From a virus: DNA of 64,000 nucleotides. Each line of letters begins with the position of its first letter. The stretch's first letter is position 1. Shown piece by piece: positions 17,901-24,937 of the stretch. Position numbers and translations under genes: made by a program. Location of the stretch: IMG/VR virus record IMGVR_UViG_3300020411_001722, positions 1-64,000 of that record. One strand, 5' to 3'. Below the pieces are notes generated by a model that was given only the letters and a program-made list of their open reading frames with translations, was not told the origin of the DNA and made no database searches.

Positions 17901-18834
17901 TAATTGGATATGTGCCTGGTGTTAACCCACTTATCGTCTCAGACTGGTTTCCTTTCTTACCAGATCTTGTCCAAGTCTTAGTACCAATCTGGAGTGAGTC
18001 TAAATTGACACCCGCTATACTTGTACTATCATTCCAACGGTATTCAATAACAATATTTCCACTACTTGAACCTGTTACAATTAAATTATTTCCTGTAGAA
18101 TCAAAGTATGCACCTAATGTAGGGGAAGGATATGCTGTAGTATATGCCCATCCTATAATTCCTTGATATACATACTGTCCTTGCTGTGCATCTTTCGGAG
18201 GAATTGGTCCTCCTGATAGGTTTACCTCAACTGAGGGATCGGTTGTATAGAAATCGTTTTGATGTGTTGCTGAATAATAATGATATAAGGGTACTTCACC
18301 ACCCCCGTAGACCTGTGCTGCCTGTTGACCTGCTGCCATATATCCTATGACACCAGTATTGACGTATCCTGCCTCTGTAACGTTACCAGTTATTTTAGTG
18401 TTCTTTAGGGTAGAACTATAATGTCTATGAAATGGGACTGCTGTACCCTCTTCTGGGGTGTCTAGCATGTAGAATATAGGAGCATTCCTTCTTGGTTGAG
18501 GATGGTATGCTTTTATCTCCTTTCCTTTATTCTTCTCTCCAGGATAATCATCCTTAGTTAATTTATTTTCTACCCAGTAATCATGGTTTGCAGCAGTACC
18601 ACCTTTATAGAAACGGTAGATACCCATTCTTTCGGTACCTACTATTACATCTTGCTCGTCTCCAATATAGTGGACGTTATCCTTCCCTAAAGGAAGGGAA
18701 CCTGGACCTTCATCATAAAATTCAATTTGATATCCATCAGGAACACCCTCATACCCATCCCAAGTTCTTAAGAAGTCCTTTGCTTCTATGGGATTACGGT
18801 ATGATCTAGATGTTTCTAATATATACGCTGGCAC
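14983..18834 (-). CDS. Large virion structural protein, 1283 aa
   Basis: Long ORF with VPLYHYY..DFYTT (DUF5648-like) and NSGRGY / ERGAGY repeats shared with gp7; AATAAATA late promoter at 18864-18871. Confidence 0.65.
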   Translation of the reverse strand: MPAYILETSRSYRNPIEAKDFLRTWDGYEGVPDGYQIEFYDEGPGSLPLGKDNVHYIGDEQDVIVGTERMGIYRFYKGGTAANHDYWVENKLTKDDYPGEKNKGKEIKAYHPQPRRNAPIFYMLDTPEEGTAVPFHRHYSSTLKNTKITGNVTEAGYVNTGVIGYMAAGQQAAQVYGGGEVPLYHYYSATHQNDFYTTDPSVEVNLSGGPIPPKDAQQGQYVYQGIIGWAYTTAYPSPTLGAYFDSTGNNLIVTGSSSGNIVIEYRWNDSTSIAGVNLDSLQIGTKTWTRSGKKGNQSETISGLTPGTYPITYTNLHPSNSPIEVRDGGQWLCLKDGHGNDCNGILRILMVEDRRQKTVIDVGKIGPCGQCVDKSGWYDYRPEDDSNYNGNSQYTYFMYRQQMDQNGNRWEGTPAVNGWGDPDFAEMLTEDALFEWSYGLNGAVKGSVPRYLGFEDMYDSQFVYYLYDTSFPWNGPIYSIQYTLSDAACCPNAEDSSGCPECIPNYTYHSHFYSIREDCWQTTSSTIELSDGNSSGVNESFWVADTHTTRLLFRYTSSTGAFKRGEMINGWLISEIRYFGDKQKAGFMELNEMDSDMPAGEDFVYRQTYTAEDGATIIALAGYGIFDKCAFFGVYEFRKNISYYRVEVNSDALVAMRTLDEAKLEPVINDNGELVDVIIVNSGRGYNMENIQLAVSSPGIMEEFTGGDLASEMYNQNKVDSQVIPSYPAEEQEQGDDLISTKNYDVQMFNAIEKGSNTLAASDDATAKQVVFNRGKAVQQKQAVVRVSELDDSGSIIGVIVEERGAGYTADHPPYIAVVIPDRVSKGFEGTDMSGAKQDEGQYKHVKEYMSSEDGFDIDVLMARPFEEIEAGVKVDIPEGYLKITEVSDSEQTTLCQDLPAACLNHNFPGIVSDALPKDDQFTEMNKYSPNIATFYQEVWPDAVLAGKTADREAVNHGGLYGFNKGKNCIVLPQPKTYTASRFFDIPCSYKGLSEPLDPNDEPKETAYGWMIHKYCASKNDNASFNVSMLVEGHTTGSQGQEFMDFLRNDMPAAKLTPTRTVPNGEKCWNCWRGPVEGRCYRDPQSGGIVFVPTGLDENTFDYNRSGYTELEQLQGWLQGNVSTQAGVATWVAHADPEVPGSGTEHTFDYTEIDVLPWSGGQPPNRCWDTFVRDVVAADGPLEVWCGYDADGDPIPGQTYGATSELFAACVALNEVLDSSIAVQPGRITGTNQMVMGPYRGEMKVRNYLTGATITYSKAVQYLSNPYFSECETDIGEIIGDGF

Positions 18835-18837
18835 AAG

Positions 18838-19134
18838 TTAGATTCCAAGTACAGTCTCAATTGTATTTATTCTCTCATAGAGATCTTCGAAGACGGAGGC
18901 GAGATTTTTATACTCGTCTTCACCAGGAGGTTTATATTGAATCATCTCTGGACCAGGTGGAGGCATCTTATTAAACGCTTCCTCCAGCACCGACAACCTA
19001 CTGGATAGGTTTTCTAACCCACTAGCGACAAATTCAAAGTTCTTACTAACTTGAGTCATTGCATCCTGTATGTCTACATACTTGGTTTCTTCAATTGTTC
19101 TGTCTTTCATTTTTAAAGATCTCGTTATTTCCAT
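18838..19134 (-). CDS. Hypothetical coiled-coil protein
   Basis: ORF track; heptad pattern; operon spacing. Confidence 0.6.
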   Translation of the reverse strand: MEITRSLKMKDRTIEETKYVDIQDAMTQVSKNFEFVASGLENLSSRLSVLEEAFNKMPPPGPEMIQYKPPGEDEYKNLASVFEDLYERINTIETVLGI

Positions 19135-19155
19135 TGAGTTCCACTCGCCATTTTT

Positions 19156-19320
19156 TTATGGTTCGTACTTTTCCAAGCACAATGTACCAAACTCCTCTTC
19201 AGTATACTCTAAAGTGTCCCCATCTGTCCACCCTAGTTCATCTGTAAGGTCTGTAGGTAAAGTGACAGATAGATTACCATCGTCATCCTCTACTAATTGT
19301 AGAGTATATCTTTTACTCAT
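19156..19320 (-). CDS. AbrB/MazE/SpoVT-like small DNA-binding protein, 54 aa
   Basis: Manual translation MSKRYTLQLVEDDDGNLSVTLPTDLTDELGWTDGDTLEY.., matching the LP...LGW..GD.L swapped-hairpin signature. Confidence 0.7.
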   Translation of the reverse strand: MSKRYTLQLVEDDDGNLSVTLPTDLTDELGWTDGDTLEYTEEEFGTLCLEKYEP

Positions 19321-19353
19321 ACTCTTATTTCCTTAACTGTAGGTATGTATGTA

Positions 19354-19824
19354 TTATCGAACTCCACCAACACAAGCAGTTTGATATAATGAATAAGACT
19401 TATGTGTAATATCACATATCTCACTAGTCTCCTTATATAACTGATGTAAAATAAAACCATCACCTAGGTATATCGCTCCATGATTAGGTGCACGATCCAC
19501 TGGTACTGAGTAACCTCCTATCAACGGGTCAGTGTATACACGATATAACATAAGGTCATGTTCTTTTATAACATCTAAGTCCAACATATCACCCCACGCA
19601 CTCTTCCATGCATACACACCGTTCTCAGCATCCAACGCTGCTTGGTTGAAACTGTAGATCTTAAGTTCAGAAAAGTCTGCGAGAGTTCTCTTATCTGGGT
19701 GATATTTTTTAAAGTACTTTTGAATAACGTCGTAACAACCTGGGTACCTTCTTCCAGACCAAGGGAGATCAATTAGGTCTGCGAATTTATTTTTTAACTC
19801 GGAAAGTTTTTCGGAGCGATTCAT
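19354..19824 (-). CDS. NlpC/P60-family cysteine peptidase (lambda gpK-like)
   Basis: GCYDVIQKYF (catalytic Cys) and PNHGAIYLGDGFILHQ (catalytic His pair). Confidence 0.8.
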   Translation of the reverse strand: MNRSEKLSELKNKFADLIDLPWSGRRYPGCYDVIQKYFKKYHPDKRTLADFSELKIYSFNQAALDAENGVYAWKSAWGDMLDLDVIKEHDLMLYRVYTDPLIGGYSVPVDRAPNHGAIYLGDGFILHQLYKETSEICDITHKSYSLYQTACVGGVR

Positions 19825-20029
19825 ATATGATCTTCAATAATTCTCTACTAGTTATACTAACATAATGAAATTCCTCCCGTAGAGAAACCCCTAGGGAGGA
19901 TTTTTTATATAAATTTATTTTTTTATTTCGATAACTCACTCTCGATCCTATACTTTTGTAGGTTAACACAATTGCAAAAATTAATATAGCAAAATATCAA
20001 TTAGTGCATGAACAGTTTGTGTTAATTAG

Positions 20030-20221
20030 TCATGCTAATTGCACGTCATAACACATACCTTCAGCAATGAAATAATCACATAATTGTTGATACTGAAGCA
20101 GGTCATTGTGTAGGTCACAATCTATCAAGAACTGTGCCATCTCTATTTGTTCATCAGGGGGCAAATTACCCTCATCATAAATGTCTAATAAGACCTGCAA
20201 TCTCTTTGGAATTGTTGTCAC
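20030..20221 (-). CDS. Hypothetical acidic early protein
   Basis: ORF track; abuts neighbour. Confidence 0.65.
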   Translation of the reverse strand: MTTIPKRLQVLLDIYDEGNLPPDEQIEMAQFLIDCDLHNDLLQYQQLCDYFIAEGMCYDVQLA

Positions 20222-20403
20222 TAACCCTCCTCCAAATTAGGGTTACTATGTGTTATCGCATCTTTCAACGCTGAGTGATAAGAACTAAACGGACCATTCT
20301 TTACACATTGTGGGTAATTATATGCCCAAAAGTGTTTAGAACGTGTTTCCCACAATTTAACATCTACAGGGGGTGAAGTTTCGAGTGTAATTGTTTTAGT
20401 CAT
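20221..20403 (-). CDS. Hypothetical protein
   Basis: ORF track; operon spacing. Confidence 0.6.
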   Translation of the reverse strand: MTKTITLETSPPVDVKLWETRSKHFWAYNYPQCVKNGPFSSYHSALKDAITHSNPNLEEG

Positions 20404-20451
20404 TTGAGGGCAATTAGGGCAGGTGAGTAATAAGCAAAATGGGCAAATTAG

Positions 20452-20637
20452 TCAAAACTCGTTATTACTTTTCTTCCTTATACTGTGCGCAGGTTTGTTA
20501 TACTTAACAGTATAATCTGCGGATGAGTTAGTATCATCGAACCTGTACTTATTAGAGCGAGAATTGTTTCTCTTTTCTCTAATACTTTTCGCCCTATGTG
20601 ATGAATAGGGGTCATTCCGTTTGTAAGTCCTTCCCAT
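20452..20637 (-). CDS. Small basic hypothetical protein
   Basis: ORF track; preceded by a consensus promoter at 20678-20706. Confidence 0.65.
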   Translation of the reverse strand: MGRTYKRNDPYSSHRAKSIREKRNNSRSNKYRFDDTNSSADYTVKYNKPAHSIRKKSNNEF

Positions 20638-20677
20638 TGAAAATTGAGGCAGTAATTAACATTTTGGAACTGAACGT

Positions 20678-20706
20678 ATTATATAGCATTAGTGAGCAAA
20701 TTGCAA
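20678..20706 (-). promoter_or_regulatory. Sigma70-type promoter TTGCAA-17-TATAAT
   Basis: -35 at 20701-20706, -10 at 20678-20683, 17-nt spacer. Confidence 0.75.
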
Positions 20707-20751
20707 TACCTTCAGTGATAGTCAGGGTTTCGAAATATGCTCTGCTATGTG

Positions 20752-20780
20752 TTGACAACTCTCTGTCGATATGCTACAGT
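20752..20780 (+). promoter_or_regulatory. Divergent plus-strand promoter TTGACA-17-(TG)nTACAGT with no downstream ORF
   Basis: TTGACA at 20752-20757; extended -10 TGcTACAGT ending at 20780. Confidence 0.6.
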
Positions 20781-20799
20781 TAGAGACAACAATTAACCG

Positions 20800-20916
20800 C
20801 ATACTTTTAGAAACAATATAACACAAACCTATGTTTTTTTAAGTATTAATTTTAACGTGTAATTTAACAAGGTTTGTGGAAAAAACTGTGGAAAACTTAC
20901 GCATAATTGTTGATAA
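20800..20916. other. Candidate replication origin: AT-rich tract plus three DnaA-box-like 9-mers
   Basis: TTTTCCACA (minus strand) at 20875-20883 and 20887-20895, TTATCAACA at 20908-20916; AT-rich tract 20800-20870. Confidence 0.5.
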
Positions 20917-21552
20917 CTAAGCGGGTGCAATATTCACTGTTAATGTTATTCTTTCTCCTGTAGGGTTTGATTCATAACCTCGTGTAAGATTAGAGGGAAA
21001 AATAACAACATCTCCTTCGCTGTAAGGTATAAAACATTCAGGCATATTAAAGATTGATTCTTTACTACAAGGCACCTGTAATACGGGAAAGAAAGATGAT
21101 ACAATATGCCTTCTAAATTTAAGAGGTGAATGTAATTTAGAGTCGTAATTTACAAAATAAACTAATGAATAGAGGCAATTACTTGACTCATGTGGTGCAT
21201 AGATAGCACCCTCATCTGCGAGTTCTAAGTAACACTCACTGACTTGTAATCTTGATTGATAATTATTAGCATTATTGTTGTGCTTATCTATCAACAACAT
21301 CAAGGCATCTTTCAATTCGGGGATATCATTTAATACCTCATTATCCTTGCCAATTGTTGTTACATTGTGGGAAATCATTCTCCTGGAATGATCTGGAACT
21401 AATTCCTTAGTTGTCATCCACTTAAGCAAATCTTGCTTGAATTGTTGATGATTAGGAAGTGTAAATGATGAGACTGCTTGTGGAAAAATACCAAATGTTT
21501 GGTTCTTTTGTAATACTTCCTTTTCGAGATTGTCGCTTAATTCATTAGACAT
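20917..21552 (-). CDS. TIGR02466-like 2OG-Fe(II) oxygenase-fold protein, metal ligands degenerate
   Basis: IFPQ N-terminus and EGDVVIFPS..RITLTVN; HES in place of HxH/D and R in place of the distal His. Confidence 0.7.
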   Translation of the reverse strand: MSNELSDNLEKEVLQKNQTFGIFPQAVSSFTLPNHQQFKQDLLKWMTTKELVPDHSRRMISHNVTTIGKDNEVLNDIPELKDALMLLIDKHNNNANNYQSRLQVSECYLELADEGAIYAPHESSNCLYSLVYFVNYDSKLHSPLKFRRHIVSSFFPVLQVPCSKESIFNMPECFIPYSEGDVVIFPSNLTRGYESNPTGERITLTVNIAPA

Positions 21553-21570
21553 AGTAGATGAAATTAGAGT

Positions 21571-21738
21571 TTAGTTTGTTGTAATTAACCAATCGTACTT
21601 ATCAATTGATTGTTTACAATCAGGGCAGGTTAATCCTGAGAAGTTGAAGTGATAAACTGTGCGGGAAGAATTACATTTAGGACATGTAATTTGCTTGCCA
21701 TTCTTACCACTTCGTGTGTAACGATTGACATTGTTCAT
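21571..21738 (-). CDS. Small zinc-ribbon protein, 55 aa
   Basis: Manual translation MNNVNRYTRSGKNGKQITCPKC...LTCPDCKQ.. with two CxxC motifs. Confidence 0.75.
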   Translation of the reverse strand: MNNVNRYTRSGKNGKQITCPKCNSSRTVYHFNFSGLTCPDCKQSIDKYDWLITTN

Positions 21739-21749
21739 TGTTATCTATA

Positions 21750-21953
21750 TCAGTAATTGCGGAGAGTTCTATACGGTTTGTACTGATAATTAACAGGGGT
21801 TTGTAATACTTTCTCAGTCTGATGTATGACCTCTAAAGTATCATTTAGTTGGTCGTAATCCTTCAAGAGTTCTTGATAGATTTGTGGGGTCAATGGTTGC
21901 ATGATTTTGTTAATGAAAAGGTGAAAAAAATTGGCGTTGGTATCAAATAGCAT
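21750..21953 (-). CDS. Hypothetical protein (start probably the internal MQPL)
   Basis: ORF track. Confidence 0.5.
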   Translation of the reverse strand: MLFDTNANFFHLFINKIMQPLTPQIYQELLKDYDQLNDTLEVIHQTEKVLQTPVNYQYKPYRTLRNY

Positions 21954-21959
21954 GAAAGA

Positions 21960-22412
21960 TTATCTCATATAGAGATAACCTCCCGCCCAACCTGTGTTTA
22001 CTGAATTATGTAAAAACTCTCTCTGATTGATAATTCTCATGTCATATCTTACATGTTTGGCAGGTGATTTCCAAGAAGCAGGTTTGTAAACTTCACCTGT
22101 ATTCTTATCAATAAATGCATGTACAGATCCGTCTCTGTACTCGTTTCTGTCCTGAAATGTGTCATAGTCCTGCTGTATGACCTTGTAATACTTTTTACCA
22201 TTTTGTACCCTGAAACGCATTAGGTTTGCTGTACCGTCTTCTACTGCCTTCAACTGTGCTTGACAGTAAGAAGATCCACCGTCTCTAGCATTCATAGACT
22301 GCATAGAGCGAACATGATAATCTCTGTAATTACGCTCAAGTGCTTTGCATAGTCCTTCAGTCCACTCAAGGACTTTAGTTTGTGTTTTGAGAGTTTCAGT
22401 TGAAATGGTCAT
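21960..22412 (-). CDS. Conserved cyanophage early hypothetical protein
   Basis: KYYKV...SVHAFIDK.TGEVYKPASWKSPAK..RY...WAGGYLY motif typical of a phage early protein family; has its own promoter. Confidence 0.8.
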   Translation of the reverse strand: MTISTETLKTQTKVLEWTEGLCKALERNYRDYHVRSMQSMNARDGGSSYCQAQLKAVEDGTANLMRFRVQNGKKYYKVIQQDYDTFQDRNEYRDGSVHAFIDKNTGEVYKPASWKSPAKHVRYDMRIINQREFLHNSVNTGWAGGYLYMR

Positions 22413-22441
22413 TTAAGGCAATGTTGTTTGTTGATATAATC

Positions 22442-22500
22442 ATTATAGGGCATATAGGCAAGAGGACAAGAAAAAGTGTGACAGTTTGCCGACTGCCACA
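22442..22500 (-). promoter_or_regulatory. Early promoter with 9-6-9 palindrome (copy 1)
   Basis: TGTGACAGT-ttgccg-ACTGCCACA at 22477-22500; TATAAT at 22442-22447, 29 nt away. Confidence 0.8.
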
Positions 22501-22521
22501 CCATAACTAACAACAAACAAA

Positions 22522-22662
22522 TTAAGCGTTTAAGATAGTTGCGTTCGATAATTTGTGAAACAAACTATCAACAACTGTTTCCTCCTGTTTATTAAGATCT
22601 TCACCTTGTATGCCTGACTCAATGTAAAATAGAATTGTATCTATTTCTTCTTGAGTTAACAT
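22522..22662 (-). CDS. Small hypothetical protein, 46 aa
   Basis: Manual translation MLTQEEIDTILFYIESG... Confidence 0.55.
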   Translation of the reverse strand: MLTQEEIDTILFYIESGIQGEDLNKQEETVVDSLFHKLSNATILNA

Positions 22663-22696
22663 AACTGATGCAAGATTTAACTGAGTGAGTGTTACT

Positions 22697-22801
22697 TTAA
22701 TAGTTAAATTCCTCCGCTAAATCTTCGAGCAATGCCAAAATGTCATTGCCATCTACACAATCTTCAAACAATTCATCAAGAAATGCTGGAGAGTATGCCA
22801 T
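22697..22801 (-). CDS. Small acidic peptide, 34 aa
   Basis: Manual translation MAYSPAFLDECFEDCVDGNDILALLEDLAEEFNY; GAGG Shine-Dalgarno upstream. Confidence 0.55.
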   Translation of the reverse strand: MAYSPAFLDELFEDCVDGNDILALLEDLAEEFNY

Positions 22802-22863
22802 AATTAAGACCTCAAAGTGTGTGAATAATGTGTAACTTTAGGGCGAACACATTCCCATATTAA

Positions 22864-23130
22864 TTACCTATATTCTGCTTCACATGGTGGATCGTCATCA
22901 TAACTTACCTCAACATATTGTCGAGATACATTATCAATTAGTTCATCCAATGTGTCTTCGTCAAATGTAAATCTAATCTCATCTTTGAGTTCATTTGTTG
23001 ATAGTCTGCTAAAGTCATCTATCAAGGTATTTCTAACAAATTCCTCCAAAGATTTGTAGTCCATACTATCAACACATAGATCTACATACTGTTCAATTAG
23101 TTCATCAAATTGTGCAGGATTTAGTGTCAT
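22864..23130 (-). CDS. Acidic hypothetical early protein
   Basis: ORF track. Confidence 0.7.
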   Translation of the reverse strand: MTLNPAQFDELIEQYVDLCVDSMDYKSLEEFVRNTLIDDFSRLSTNELKDEIRFTFDEDTLDELIDNVSRQYVEVSYDDDPPCEAEYR

Positions 23131-23167
23131 TTGTGTAAAGAAATAGTAGACAATAAAAAGAGATAGA

Positions 23168-23515
23168 CTATGCTATCTCAAGTTGTGGAGTGTCCAAAAG
23201 GATCATGCCATCAGTAAATGATGTGACCTGACCACGAAATGAGACAAACCAATCAAAGTTTTTTTGGAATACCCTTGCCCCATACTTGACCTCTTCCAAT
23301 AGTGCATTTAATCTTGACTTAGTTGTGACGGTCTCATAACCGCATGAGTCAAGTTTAACAGCATTTGTGGAGTGGTCTACTGTTGCAATTAGGTGACCAT
23401 GTAGACGAACCTGAGAGCAGTCTGTATGCTCATTGTAGGTAACTTGAGTATTAGAACCACACCAGTTGCCTTTGTTGGATACTGCGAAGTTCATTTGTCT
23501 TTCAAGTTTTCTCAT
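23168..23515 (-). CDS. Conserved phage early hypothetical protein (TTKSRLNAL family)
   Basis: MRKLERQM..LHGHLIA..G.ETVTTKSRLNALL..FQKNFDW motif; has its own promoter. Confidence 0.8.
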   Translation of the reverse strand: MRKLERQMNFAVSNKGNWCGSNTQVTYNEHTDCSQVRLHGHLIATVDHSTNAVKLDSCGYETVTTKSRLNALLEEVKYGARVFQKNFDWFVSFRGQVTSFTDGMILLDTPQLEIA

Positions 23516-23546
23516 GGATTAAATGCTTTGTTTGTTTGACTCTTTA

Positions 23547-23605
23547 ATAATAACCGATAATCACCAGTGTTCAACAAACTGTGTGCCACTTTCTTGACTG
23601 GCATA
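23547..23605 (-). promoter_or_regulatory. Early promoter with 9-6-9 palindrome (copy 2)
   Basis: TGTGCCACT-ttcttg-ACTGGCATA at 23582-23605; TATTAT at 23547-23552, 29 nt away. Confidence 0.75.
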
Positions 23606-23770
23606 GTAATTGTCGGTTACGCTCTGAAGTTCCGCATAGATGCGCTGCACCTCTAGGGACGGTATGTAATCTGTCCCACAATCCTCCGCAACTTGGTCTA
23701 AGTAATACAAAATGGTGGAGATTTCACCGCCAGTTAGATTAACTTTGTGCGTGGTATGTTCATAACTCAT
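23561..23770 (-). CDS. Hypothetical protein
   Basis: ORF track. Confidence 0.65.
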   Translation of the reverse strand: MSYEHTTHKVNLTGGEISTILYYLDQVAEDCGTDYIPSLEVQRIYAELQSVTDNYYASQESGTQFVEHW

Positions 23771-23772
23771 TG

Positions 23773-24042
23773 TTAAATAACCTCCACAATTACATGGTCT
23801 TTATCTAACTCTGAGAATTTACGGTGATTAACAACAAGTGCGTAAATGTTGAGTAGTTCCCTAACATCTACCTCACTGTAATCATCCCAGTCTGATACAT
23901 AATCAGCATTATCAAAATCAATCTTATTATCTACAAATAGTGGTGCAGATTGTAGATCATTGTATTCATTAACCCAAAATGCACGTCCAAAAACATCACT
24001 TCTATAAATCAATTGATCTGCAATTGTTGTTGATTTAGTCAT
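23773..24042 (-). CDS. Hypothetical protein (start likely MTKS at 24042)
   Basis: ORF track; start trimmed to fit the upstream ORF. Confidence 0.65.
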   Translation of the reverse strand: MTKSTTIADQLIYRSDVFGRAFWVNEYNDLQSAPLFVDNKIDFDNADYVSDWDDYSEVDVRELLNIYALVVNHRKFSELDKDHVIVEVI

Positions 24043-24181
24043 TGGAATTACCCTCCATAGATAAGATTTTATCAAACACATTTGTTTGATTAGGTGTTAA
24101 CTCAAAGTCCATATCTCTGAGTATATCGTATAACTTAACGAACTCATATAGTTCGTCATTTGTAACATGAATTGTTCTCAT
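24035..24181 (-). CDS. Small hypothetical protein, 48 aa
   Basis: Manual translation MRTIHVTNDELYEFVKLYDILRDMDFELT... Confidence 0.55.
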   Translation of the reverse strand: MRTIHVTNDELYEFVKLYDILRDMDFELTPNQTNVFDKILSMEGNSND

Positions 24182-24182
24182 A

Positions 24183-24386
24183 TTACAACCTATTAGTATA
24201 ACTGGAGTGGTTAATTAGATCCCATGTTTCACAAAAACATGTTAACCAATTACGTTGAGATGATGTTAGTTCATTATCATCTTTATCAACATTAGAATAT
24301 AACAAATCAGATGCACATTGCAACTCTAAGTTATTCCTAATGCAGAAATCTTCTAATACATCAGACATCCAATCTAAGTTATTCAT
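24183..24386 (-). CDS. Hypothetical protein
   Basis: ORF track; GGAGG Shine-Dalgarno. Confidence 0.7.
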   Translation of the reverse strand: MNNLDWMSDVLEDFCIRNNLELQCASDLLYSNVDKDDNELTSSQRNWLTCFCETWDLINHSSYTNRL

Positions 24387-24528
24387 TGTTAGAAACCTCC
24401 TGAGAATAATAAAGTTTATCTAATAACGAGTCGATACAATCTTTCTCGTTATCTTCTAAGAATACTCGCTGATTGAGTATTGATTTGAATACAACTCCGT
24501 ATTCTAATCTTGTTAGTTTCATTGGCAT
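24379..24528 (-). CDS. Small hypothetical protein, 49 aa
   Basis: Manual translation MPMKLTRLEYGVVFKSILNQR...; fills the gap with short overlaps on both sides. Confidence 0.55.
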   Translation of the reverse strand: MPMKLTRLEYGVVFKSILNQRVFLEDNEKDCIDSLLDKLYYSQEVSNNE

Positions 24529-24665
24529 AATTCCTCGAAACGTTGATAAACAATGGACTCAATTTCTTTTTGAGTATACATTGTAATATTTCCTGTTTGA
24601 GTTGCCTCGTCTATGAATTCCTCATAGATTGTTTCAAGAAGTGCTTCATGATGTAGAGTGCTCAT
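24519..24665 (-). CDS. Small hypothetical protein (MSTLHHEALLETIYEE..), 48 aa
   Basis: Manual translation; ATGA overlap with the upstream ORF. Confidence 0.65.
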   Translation of the reverse strand: MSTLHHEALLETIYEEFIDEATQTGNITMYTQKEIESIVYQRFEELCQ

Positions 24666-24853
24666 GCTGTCACCTCATTAAGAATTGTTGCAACCTGATT
24701 GTTTCTTGTGTCACTGTACTCAATGCCCTGATCGAGTAGAAAGTCCCATGCTAGTTCGTAGTCAGGGAGTTGACCATCTTCGGCATTGATGAAGAGATAA
24801 CCAAGATAACCTCTTAGGTCGTCTAGGATTTCAGTTGAAATACACATTGGCAA
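24662..24853 (-). CDS. Hypothetical acidic protein
   Basis: ORF track; first gene after promoter copy 3. Confidence 0.6.
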   Translation of the reverse strand: MPMCISTEILDDLRGYLGYLFINAEDGQLPDYELAWDFLLDQGIEYSDTRNNQVATILNEVTA

Positions 24854-24878
24854 AGGTGTGTTTGTTGTTTACTCTTAT

Positions 24879-24937
24879 ATTATACCAATAAAAAACCCCC
24901 TGAGTAGGGGGTGTGTGTCAGTTTGTGGACTGTCACA
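24879..24937 (-). promoter_or_regulatory. Early promoter with 9-6-9 palindrome (copy 3)
   Basis: TGTGTCAGT-ttgtgg-ACTGTCACA at 24914-24937; TATAAT at 24879-24884, 29 nt away. Confidence 0.8.
24890..24912 (-). terminator. Intrinsic terminator ACCCCC-TACTCA-GGGGGT-TTTTT
   Basis: 6-bp GC stem followed by a U tract on the minus strand, 25 nt after the stop at 24938. Confidence 0.8.

Noticed and set aside
19787-19969. 60-aa minus-strand ORF across the junction
   Set aside because: No good start context, it overlaps the NlpC/P60 start, and the region is dominated by hairpins and homopolymer runs.
20598-20783. 61-aa plus-strand ORF
   Set aside because: It spans two consensus promoters and overlaps a real minus-strand gene; likely spurious.
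21479-21487. Additional TTTTCCACA DnaA-like box
   Set aside because: Isolated and explained by the IFPQ codons of the oxygenase-fold gene.
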